NCBI GenBank assembly: GCA_964361015.1
Contig: CAYHZE010000002.1
Coordinates: forward strand, 1-46,405
Reading direction: 5' to 3'
Length of the DNA stretch: 46,405 nt
Source: an uncultured Candidatus Saccharibacteria bacterium
GTDB taxonomy: Bacteria > Patescibacteriota > Minisyncoccia > Sungbacterales > HO2-52-23
Shown: positions 9,010 to 16,178 of the stretch, in pieces
Layout of the letters: each line of letters starts with the position of its first letter
Numbering within the stretch: the first letter of the stretch is position 1
Made by a program: the position numbers and the translations under genes
The notes under the pieces: model-generated
Told to the model about the DNA's origin: nothing
Databases searched by the model: none
Seen by the model: only the letters and a program-made list of their open reading frames with translations

Positions 9010-9555
9010 TTAATCATAATGAATTGATTGCCTTTTTTTCATAAAAAAGGAGATGAAAAATCCAATAATCAAACCAATAAAACCCCCTCCTGCCCAGCCA
9101 ACAAAAAGTGCGGCAGTTTTCTTTTCTGTGTTAGCTTCGTTCGCTTCAACCTTCAACAAAAAGGATATTTCAGCAATTGATGTATCTTTATTCTGAAATC
9201 GAAGATTTAATTCATATTCTCCTGCGACGGGAAACGTATACGTCATTCCTATATTGCCAAATCCTGGTTTTGCAATGGGAGCTATAAAAAGAGCTTTTGT
9301 ACCTTCAGTAACTTTTACCCATACATCGGTAAACTCTATGCTTTCTTTTGTGGCATTATTAACAAGTTCAAAATCAAACCGAGTTGGCTCACCTTCTAAA
9401 AACAATAATTCCTCATACTCTAACGTTGCAAGATACTCACCGACAACTTTTTCCATTGACTGCCCTCCGCCATGACCCAATGCATAGCTAGGTAAAATGT
9501 ATACAGCCAAACTCATAATCACGCTTATAATAGTAAGTAGTTTCTTTATTTTCAT
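9010..9555 (-). CDS. Secreted, C-terminally membrane-anchored hypothetical protein (beta-sandwich-like)
   Basis: N-terminal signal peptide MKIKKLLTIISVIMSLAVYILPSYALG and C-terminal TM segment AALFVGWAGGGFIGLIIGFFISFF followed by KKR. Confidence 0.6.
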   Translation of the reverse strand: MKIKKLLTIISVIMSLAVYILPSYALGHGGGQSMEKVVGEYLATLEYEELLFLEGEPTRFDFELVNNATKESIEFTDVWVKVTEGTKALFIAPIAKPGFGNIGMTYTFPVAGEYELNLRFQNKDTSIAEISFLLKVEANEANTEKKTAALFVGWAGGGFIGLIIGFFISFFMKKRQSIHYD

Positions 9556-9691
9556 ATGTTATATTCTCATATGTATACCATGAACGGTGGGGCGAGTAAT
9601 CCATTTTCTCCGTCTCCTACGATTGTTTTTAATCCTCCGGCATTGGCTACGATTGGTATATTGCCCGATGCCATTGCTTCAATTTTCATGG

Positions 9692-10258
9692 TCATCTTTC
9701 CCGTGCGGCTTTCAAGGCCTCTGCCCACCACACAAGCTGATCAAGCATTTTTTGTCCCGCATCTTTAAGCGTATCTCCCTTGAAGTTGCCATTATCATCC
9801 GTCATTGTCCAAAATGACGAAATATGCACGGCATTGCGGATGGGAGCCATCTGCAATTCAATCGCCACTTGCCGCAATTGCTCCACCGAGCGCGCGCCCG
9901 CCACTCCCCCATAGCTTACAAACCCGACTGGTTTGTTATTCCATTGTACATACGCATAGTCCAAAGCATTTTTCAACACCGCCGGATAACCGTGATTGTA
10001 CTCTGGCGTCACAATAATAAATGCATCCGCCTCGGCTATTTTTTGAACCCACTTTTGGGCAATAGGATCGGCATATCCTTCTTTCATCCCTCCCGGAGGC
10101 GTTGGCTCGTTAAAAAAAGCAAGCGGATAATCGCGCAAATCCAATAATTCCGCCTCAACTCCTGGTTTGTTCTTTGCCTCCTCATACATCCAGTGAGCCG
10201 GCTTTTCACTAAATCTCTCTTGACGCGTACTGCCAATGATAATATGAATTTTTATCAT
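9692..10258 (-). CDS. NADPH-dependent FMN reductase family protein
   Basis: IHIIIGSTRQERFSEKPAHW N-terminus and IIVTPEYNHGYPAVLKNALDY, typical of the flavodoxin-like FMN reductase fold. Confidence 0.85.
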   Translation of the reverse strand: MIKIHIIIGSTRQERFSEKPAHWMYEEAKNKPGVEAELLDLRDYPLAFFNEPTPPGGMKEGYADPIAQKWVQKIAEADAFIIVTPEYNHGYPAVLKNALDYAYVQWNNKPVGFVSYGGVAGARSVEQLRQVAIELQMAPIRNAVHISSFWTMTDDNGNFKGDTLKDAGQKMLDQLVWWAEALKAARER

Positions 10259-10277
10259 AGAAAGTTAATTATTTTGT

Positions 10278-10429
10278 AGGACTTATGCATCTGGGTATTT
10301 ATTCCCCTCCTCATAGAGGAGGGGTTAGGGGAGGTATGAGTGAGGGATAAAAACTCCATGTATTCCTCCTCACCCATACCCACACCTCGCCTCCCCTATG
10401 CTAGGTGAGGAATTAAATGCGTAAGTCCT
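10278..10429. repeat. Fold-back repeat (family C cargo) with 13-nt terminal inverted repeats
   Basis: AGGACTTATGCAT (10278-10290) versus ATGCGTAAGTCCT (10417-10429), 12/13 complementary. Inner hairpin CCCCTCCTC/ata/GAGGAGGGG, and GGGGAGG..GTGAGGG opposed to CCTCACCC..CCTCCCC. Confidence 0.75.
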
Positions 10430-10436
10430 CATTATG

Positions 10437-10889
10437 CTATTTCTCCTGCTCCAACCGATTAAGAATCTTCACAATCAAATCGCCCTGGTTTTCCAAATGC
10501 TGGAGAATAGCTTCAATTTCGCGCTCCGCTTTGATATTGATATCAAAATCCGCCTCGGTTCTTGATTCCGAATGCCTTGCTTGAAAATTTTGCCCCACTA
10601 AGATAAGCGGCATAAGCATAAGCTGAATCATATTGGAAATAAAAAGCCATAATACAAATGCCGGATATGGATCAAACCGCACATCCAAAGGCGCGAATAT
10701 ATTCCACCCAAGCCACAGCGCCGTCCACAAAACAATAATAGTAAAGAACCCCATTGTCCCCACATGACGCGTAACAAACAGGGCAACCTTATCAAGCTTA
10801 CTTAGTTTCTCGCGATGCTCGATATTGATATCACGCATTGGCTTGCGCAATTTTTTAAGTTCTTCAAAACTTAATGGTGCATGATTCAT
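10437..10889 (-). CDS. DUF1003-family membrane protein
   Basis: LSKLDKVALFVTRHVGTMGFF, two TM segments, FDPYPAFVLWLFISNMIQLMLMPLILVGQN and a C-terminal coiled coil, as I recall for DUF1003. Confidence 0.7.
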   Translation of the reverse strand: MNHAPLSFEELKKLRKPMRDINIEHREKLSKLDKVALFVTRHVGTMGFFTIIVLWTALWLGWNIFAPLDVRFDPYPAFVLWLFISNMIQLMLMPLILVGQNFQARHSESRTEADFDINIKAEREIEAILQHLENQGDLIVKILNRLEQEK

Positions 10890-10925
10890 GGTATCATTAT
10901 ATCCTAGTATCCCACTATTTCAAAT

Positions 10926-12338
10926 TCATTTTATCGCCTTCAGCACATCCCACATTGCCGGATCTTCTCCGCCATCAATTTTAAAAATTGCAATACCCCG
11001 AAGCCCAAGCTTTTTTGCCAAATCAATCTTATCTTTAATGGCTGGCCCGTCGCTCCACCATGCAAGTCGAAAAGGCGTAGTGCTTGCCTCGGAAAAATTA
11101 TTGGTAACCGAACTTGTTGCATGTGACGTTTCGGGCCCTTGGGCCGCGAGCACGGATGCAAGTTCTGGATTCAACGGAATCGGATCGGGCGTTTGGACAG
11201 ATGCCACACCCGTAGAGCCAACCACATATTGAAAGCTCAATTCCCCTGCCAGATTTCGTTCGGGCTGTATGCCATATTGCTGTGCCAACTCAACCCCATA
11301 TCGCGGATTAAATGCCCACAAGCGGTCATACCGATATCCGTAGATAAGGGGCGTCACATGATACTCGTACCCATAAGTGGGAACTCCTATCACAATCTTT
11401 TTTTTGGCGATAATTTTGGCGGCAAGTATAATTACTTTCTCCACCCACTTCGGGTCTGCCACCGGCGCATATGGCCCTGGAGCCATCTCATTGAGACGTA
11501 AGTCAATAGCTTGCTGATCATATGCCATAATGCGCACTCGATCGCAATATCTGTTAATTGCATTGTAGTCATTAGCAAATTCTATTTTTTCCGGAATCAC
11601 ATCAAAGCGATCATGCAAGGGGGTGCGCGCCTCAATGGTGCACATCACCCATTTCTTGCCCATCGCGGCATATAGTTCGCGCAAAAATGCGGAAAAATAC
11701 GGGCGTGTCTCGGCTTTTTTCCCTTCATAATCAATATCAATACCGTCAAACTTATGCTTTTTAACAACGGCTACAATCTCTTTGATATGCGCCGTACGCA
11801 ACTTCTTACTTTTCAACACGGTATGAATTGCATCCGTATTACTCCACATAACAGTCGGAATGACTCTGATTTTTTTTGCGCGCGCCGCATTCATGAGCGT
11901 TTGCCATGACGGCGAGTCTATATGCAACGCATCAAAGAGCGAGCCATTCTTTTTCACCGTATAACCAAATGGATTGATTTCCTTAAACGTATCAAGATGC
12001 GCAAGCGCATCCGCTGTGCCTGTTGCCATGCGCCAATAGGGAATCCATCCTGATATTTCCAAAGGAACCGCCTTCGGAGGCGATTTTACCGGCGTTGCCG
12101 CGTACACCCCCATTGGCAATAAAAAAATAGAAAAAAATACTACAATTCCTTGTATACAATAAGATCGGAGAAGAATATCCTCTATAATGTCATTGCAAGA
12201 GGTCCCTCGAAGGACTCGGGATAAACTCCGCAATATATATTTTGAGGTTGAGATTGCCACGTCGCTGTTGCTCCTGGCAATGACTGCTTTTTGATATTTT
12301 TCCAAAGTCTTACAATAAAATTCTCCCGTTTTCTTCAT
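10926..12338 (-). CDS. Glycoside hydrolase family 18 (chitinase/peptidoglycan-hydrolase-like), secreted; true start uncertain
   Basis: GH18 catalytic motif FDGIDIDYEG. Signal-like IVVFFSIFLLPMGVYA. The first ~60 codons (12161-12338) are made of a family B repeat (VIARSNSDVAIS-type translation), so the real initiation codon may lie further downstream. Confidence 0.8.
   Translation of the reverse strand: MKKTGEFYCKTLEKYQKAVIARSNSDVAISTSKYILRSLSRVLRGTSCNDIIEDILLRSYCIQGIVVFFSIFLLPMGVYAATPVKSPPKAVPLEISGWIPYWRMATGTADALAHLDTFKEINPFGYTVKKNGSLFDALHIDSPSWQTLMNAARAKKIRVIPTVMWSNTDAIHTVLKSKKLRTAHIKEIVAVVKKHKFDGIDIDYEGKKAETRPYFSAFLRELYAAMGKKWVMCTIEARTPLHDRFDVIPEKIEFANDYNAINRYCDRVRIMAYDQQAIDLRLNEMAPGPYAPVADPKWVEKVIILAAKIIAKKKIVIGVPTYGYEYHVTPLIYGYRYDRLWAFNPRYGVELAQQYGIQPERNLAGELSFQYVVGSTGVASVQTPDPIPLNPELASVLAAQGPETSHATSSVTNNFSEASTTPFRLAWWSDGPAIKDKIDLAKKLGLRGIAIFKIDGGEDPAMWDVLKAIK
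12161..12314. repeat. Family B fold-back repeat overlapping the 5' end of the GH18 ORF
   Basis: AAGATCGGAGAAGAATATCC (degenerate terminus), GTCATTGCAAGAGG, GAGATTGCCACGTCGCTGTTGCTCCTGGCAATGAC, and a degenerate right end CCAAAGTCTTACA. Confidence 0.7.
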
Positions 12339-12376
12339 TTCATTAGTATATGCTCATTGTCCGCAGACAATCAATA

Positions 12377-12466
12377 GACCTGACTTTGTAAATATTTTCA
12401 CAAGCGTTATCTTCAGATTTCCGAAATTTGGAAATTCCAGCAGAAAATATTTGCAAAGTCAGGTCT
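12377..12466. repeat. 90-nt fold-back element (24-nt inverted repeats, 23/24 match)
   Basis: AGACCTGACTTTGTAAATATTTTC (12377-12400) versus GAAAATATTTGCAAAGTCAGGTCT (12443-12466). Inner palindrome ATTTCC/gaaattt/GGAAAT. The right end, CAGGTCTCA, resembles the common terminus. Confidence 0.8.
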
Positions 12467-12625
12467 CATATACGGGGGAATAAAAAAACGCTCTTGCTCC
12501 CCATTGGCATGCATAGTATACTTAACATAGAAAAAAGTATCTATCATGAGACTGGAGAAAAAACAATTTTTCATTGCGAAGCGTTGCGCGACAATTTTAC
12601 CTTACATTCATTTATAATAGTAAGG

Positions 12626-12784
12626 TGAGACTGTAGAAGAATATCTTCCACGGTGTCATTGCGAGCGTAGCGAAGCAATCTATAACGCCGAGAGAGAGAT
12701 TGCTTCGTCGCTACTTAACCCAGTAGGTCTTTCTGCTGAAAGATCCTCGCAATGACAACTTCTAGGCATTCTTCTACAGTCTCA
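12626..12784. repeat. Complete family B fold-back (MITE-like) element, archetype copy
   Basis: Termini TGAGACTGTAGAAGAATATC (12626-12645) and GGCATTCTTCTACAGTCTCA (12765-12784). Nested inverted pairs GTCATTGCGAG/CTCGCAATGAC and AGCGAAGCAATCT/AGATTGCTTCG. Confidence 0.9.
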
Positions 12785-12866
12785 AGGTAAGATTGCGGAG
12801 CAGTCGCGAGTTTTACGAGGGATATCTCCTGGCAATGACGATTGAAGGCATTCTTCTACAGTCTCA
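12785..12866. repeat. Adjacent half-element of family B with an identical right terminus
   Basis: AGATTGCGGAGCAGTCGCGAGTTTTACGAGGGAT (12790-12823) is identical to 39354-39387. It ends with GGCATTCTTCTACAGTCTCA (12847-12866), identical to 12765-12784. Confidence 0.85.
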
Positions 12867-12911
12867 TCATATCAAAGGTCGTTTTATCACTAATAATCAA
12901 TTCACTCTTTT

Positions 12912-13247
12912 ATGGAAGACAAAAAATGTTCTATATGCGCATGCGGCGGCGCGGGTTCAGGTTGCGGACACTGCGGTAATAATTTGATGGGGCTCGGCGC
13001 GCATCACCATCTCGCCCGCGGGTTTCTTTATCTCATTGTGCTGTTGTTTGTATTCTGGATCGGCCTTGGGTTGGGAGAACTGAAAGGATATCTAAGATAT
13101 GCGCCTTTTGATAGCGGCTATATGTATCCCCCGCAATGGATGATGCGCCAAAATAACGCAAATAAATCTCCGAGTATGATGGGCACGTCTCCCTCTAACG
13201 ACACCAATGCACTGCCATCTCCCACGCCGGGAACCAATTATAGATAG
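12912..13247 (+). CDS. Small membrane protein with Cys-rich N-terminus (hypothetical)
   Basis: CSICACGGAGSGCGHCG followed by one TM helix FLYLIVLLFVFWIGLGLG. A terminator follows directly. No clear SD, so coding status is uncertain. Confidence 0.4.
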   Translation: MEDKKCSICACGGAGSGCGHCGNNLMGLGAHHHLARGFLYLIVLLFVFWIGLGLGELKGYLRYAPFDSGYMYPPQWMMRQNNANKSPSMMGTSPSNDTNALPSPTPGTNYR

Positions 13248-13252
13248 AATAT

Positions 13253-13285
13253 AAAAAAACAATCCCGAGAAAGGATTGTTTTTTT
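13253..13285. terminator. Bidirectional rho-independent terminator
   Basis: AAAAAAACAATCC (13253-13265) / GGATTGTTTTTTT (13273-13285), between convergent genes. Confidence 0.8.
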
Positions 13286-14450
13286 ATCCAAATGTAAACG
13301 TAAAAATACGAAGACCGGGATTTTCAATTATGATCTCAAGCGTATGTTCGCCCCATCCTGCCCGATCATCAATGACATGATAGAGCCGTTCTTCAGGACT
13401 AATATAAAGAAAATCCGCTTTTGCATCTTTTCCATCCGCCATAATATCTAAAGGCTTCCCGTCGCGTATGACCTTCAGGGGGAGACTATCTGGTGTTTGT
13501 GCGGCAACCATATACACATTTTTTCCCTGATATCGGAAGATAATTTTTGCATTCTTACTTTTATTTTCTGCAAATTCATTTTGGATATCCCAATCGCCAA
13601 CAAGGTAAAGAGTATGCGGTTTTATATTATTTGGTTCTGGTAAATGTTGGACTCCCGTTCTATTTGCTTCTCCATTGCCAAGACGCACATTCCTTGACGC
13701 GCCAAAATAAATTTCAGGACTTCGAGACATTGCAGGGTCAATTTCGATAATCTCTGCGGGCGCGGAAATCTCCCTACTTATTTCCTTATTCACGCCAAGT
13801 ACTGCTTTGCGTTCTTCTAGAAGCTCCTGTATCTTTTTTTCCGTCTCAGTATATCTCCCCTCGCCAATATGGTCATAGACAATATACCCATCTATATCTA
13901 TGAGATATTTATGCGGCCAATAAAGATTATGATACGCATTCCATGTTCCATAATTGTTGTCTAAAACCACGGGATACATAATGTCTGCTTGTTTCACTGC
14001 CTTTGCAACATTGTCATAATTCTTTTCAAACTCAAATTCAGGCGTATGCACCCCAACGATTACCAATCCCTTATCATTATATTTTTCATACCACATATTT
14101 AAGTAAGGAGTCGTGCGTTGGCAATTGATACAGCTGTAGGTCCAAAAATCAACCAACATTACTTTCTTGCCCACTAAATCGGCCAACGTAAACGAGTCTG
14201 TGTTGATATAACCTTGAATGCCGGACAATTCTTTTGCCGGTTCATGCGCCGCTTTTTTTTCTTTCAATATCGCCGACCTATCCTCGCTTGCAGTGATTGG
14301 TGATGATGTTGCATTTTTTGCAGGTGCCGCTGGAGTTATAGCAATTGTTTGAATTTCCGAATCAAGCCGCCGCGGTTTTTGAATCTCCAAATACACAATC
14401 ATGCCTATGATCGCAATACATGCAATAGTAAGAGTAATATATCGCCGCAT
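13284..14450 (-). CDS. Membrane-anchored thioredoxin-like (TlpA/DipZ-type) thiol-disulfide oxidoreductase with DipZ-like C-terminal domain
   Basis: N-terminal TM helix. FWTYSCINCQRTTPYL CxxC motif, GVHTPEFEFE, and YWPHKYLIDIDGYIVYDHIGEG, followed by about 150 aa of beta-rich C-terminus. Confidence 0.85.
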   Translation of the reverse strand: MRRYITLTIACIAIIGMIVYLEIQKPRRLDSEIQTIAITPAAPAKNATSSPITASEDRSAILKEKKAAHEPAKELSGIQGYINTDSFTLADLVGKKVMLVDFWTYSCINCQRTTPYLNMWYEKYNDKGLVIVGVHTPEFEFEKNYDNVAKAVKQADIMYPVVLDNNYGTWNAYHNLYWPHKYLIDIDGYIVYDHIGEGRYTETEKKIQELLEERKAVLGVNKEISREISAPAEIIEIDPAMSRSPEIYFGASRNVRLGNGEANRTGVQHLPEPNNIKPHTLYLVGDWDIQNEFAENKSKNAKIIFRYQGKNVYMVAAQTPDSLPLKVIRDGKPLDIMADGKDAKADFLYISPEERLYHVIDDRAGWGEHTLEIIIENPGLRIFTFTFG

Positions 14451-14455
14451 GGTAT

Positions 14456-15220
14456 TTATATATTTTCGTTATTTTTTACCGCCGTTGACGCAAGATACGA
14501 AAGAAATCCCGGAATAATGGGCAACATGCACGGGCTTAGAAATGAACCGAGACCCGCGACAAACGCTATGGCAAGATTCAACACGGAAAAAGAAGCAATC
14601 CCACTACCCGCACTCGTGCTTATATTGAAAAAAAGAAGGATGTTGGTGAGAAATTCAATGTTTGCTATTTTGCTTAGCTCGCCCGTAAAGATGAGGACGC
14701 CGATAATTATCAGAAATATCCCAAATATATATTGAATATATATGAGCCATTTTCCTGCCCGCGCAATGAATGCGCGAGCTTGATTGGTAAAAAGTCCCAC
14801 GATTAAAAAGGGAATTCCAATACCGAGCGTGTAGGAAACCAACAAAAAGAAAGCACTGCTTGTTTGAGTCGCGGCAAGCGCCAAAATTGCTCCGAGCGCC
14901 GCACTCACGCACGGAGTCCAGCCCACTGCAAACGCCGCCCCGAATATGAATGATGTCGCGTACGAGGACTTAAACCTGTGTTGTATCTTGATTGCATGCC
15001 CTTGCTCCAAAAATTTTGGGGAAATAAGATGAACAAGCAGAAGTCCAAAAAGGATAATCACAACGCCTCCGATTCTTCCAAGCCATGCCTGCACGCCGTA
15101 CGACACATTGGCAAGCACGGTTTGTAATAGTACTCCCACAAGGGAAAATATAAACGAAAAACCAAGCACGAAAAAAACGCTGTTAAAAAATATATTCCAA
15201 TCTCTTTTTGGGGTTTCCAT
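14456..15220 (-). CDS. ccdA: CcdA/DsbD-family transmembrane thiol-disulfide electron transporter
   Basis: Six or more TM helices with the two conserved Cys motifs LSPCMLPIIPG and GWTPCVSAALG. Lies 5 nt upstream of the thioredoxin gene. Confidence 0.85.
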   Translation of the reverse strand: METPKRDWNIFFNSVFFVLGFSFIFSLVGVLLQTVLANVSYGVQAWLGRIGGVVIILFGLLLVHLISPKFLEQGHAIKIQHRFKSSYATSFIFGAAFAVGWTPCVSAALGAILALAATQTSSAFFLLVSYTLGIGIPFLIVGLFTNQARAFIARAGKWLIYIQYIFGIFLIIIGVLIFTGELSKIANIEFLTNILLFFNISTSAGSGIASFSVLNLAIAFVAGLGSFLSPCMLPIIPGFLSYLASTAVKNNENI

Positions 15221-15282
15221 AGATGATTTCTTCTAGGATTATATGATTGGAAAAAAATAAATGGAGACGGTTATAAAATCTT

Positions 15283-15324
15283 GTCATTCCAGCTTTCGCT
15301 GGATTCAAAATTTCTACAGTCTCA
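15283..15324. repeat. Short family A-like hairpin plus common right terminus
   Basis: GTCATTCCAGC/tttc/GCTGGATTC followed by TTTCTACAGTCTCA (15311-15324). Read on the minus strand, the flank is GGGGTATAATGAGACTGTAG, which contains TATAAT. Confidence 0.7.
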
Positions 15325-15343
15325 TTATACCCCAATACAAAAT

Positions 15344-15368
15344 AAAAACGAGCGGAAACTACCGCTCG
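15344..15368 (-). terminator. Rho-independent terminator of the zinc-ribbon Nudix gene
   Basis: CGAGCGG (15349-15355) / CCGCTCG (15362-15368) stem. On the minus strand it is followed by TTTTTATTTT. Confidence 0.75.
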
Positions 15369-15389
15369 TCACAATTCCTGACAAAAATC

Positions 15390-16058
15390 CTATTGATCAA
15401 GGAGATACATTCCTTCATTCTTCAAAAAATCAGTGCCGATCTCGGAATACATAATCCCTTCCCAGATATCTTCAATGATCCTACGCACATGCGGGGTTGT
15501 ATTCACAGGCAAATCATCCGGATCAATCCACTTCAGGTCATCGCATTTATCGGTTTCAACATTCGTAATTTCACCCGACCATTTTTTAGTAGCAAAAAAT
15601 ATATCAACACGATTTCCCGTTTCATCGTGCTTTGAACGATACGACGCGTGGACAAACTCAAGATCATTTTCCACGACGTCTATACCAATTTCCTCTTTTG
15701 CTTCCCGTCTCATCGCGGCCTTCGGCAATTCTCCATCTTCAACATGTCCGGACGGAAGATTGTAGTTCCCGTCCTGGTACCCAGTATTACACCGGCGCAT
15801 GAGAAGAATACAACCATCATCCCGCTCCAGTATAAGATATACCGCCGGAACTGCTTTATTTCTTTCGCGCCTAGTCATAATTTTTTCTTGAACACACAAT
15901 TCTTTCCAATAGAAATACGACGAATCGGATTTCCAAAAATCTTTTTCTGCTTTCGCGTGTTCAGTACAAAAGGGATGGGTACCGGCAAACTGCGTACGAC
16001 GTATCCATGTGGCAGGTTTTTCACAACAATCGCAGGTGAACGTACATTCCATTTCCAT
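15390..16058 (-). CDS. Nudix hydrolase with N-terminal Cys-rich (zinc-ribbon-like) extension
   Basis: Nudix box GHVEDGELPKAAMRREAKEEIGI. The N-terminal ~55 aa carry CTFTCDCCEKP...HPFCTEH. A strong AAGGAG lies 6 nt upstream of the ATG at 16058, so the extension is probably translated. Confidence 0.8.
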   Translation of the reverse strand: MEMECTFTCDCCEKPATWIRRTQFAGTHPFCTEHAKAEKDFWKSDSSYFYWKELCVQEKIMTRRERNKAVPAVYLILERDDGCILLMRRCNTGYQDGNYNLPSGHVEDGELPKAAMRREAKEEIGIDVVENDLEFVHASYRSKHDETGNRVDIFFATKKWSGEITNVETDKCDDLKWIDPDDLPVNTTPHVRRIIEDIWEGIMYSEIGTDFLKNEGMYLLDQ

Positions 16059-16178
16059 GTAACACTCCTTCTTGGGTTATATATGTTCCTGTATTCAGAT
16101 TATCCTTCTCAAGGATAAATGTAAAGCACCTCACTATTCAATTTTTTTGAGAATCGAGATGGCGTAATATCTATAAAA

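Noticed and set aside
12428-12987. Small ORFs 12428-12628 and 12793-12987 in the repeat hot spot
   Set aside because: Both are translations of fold-back elements (for example SSREFYEGYLLAMT from the conserved 34-mer). They have no SD and no recognisable fold.
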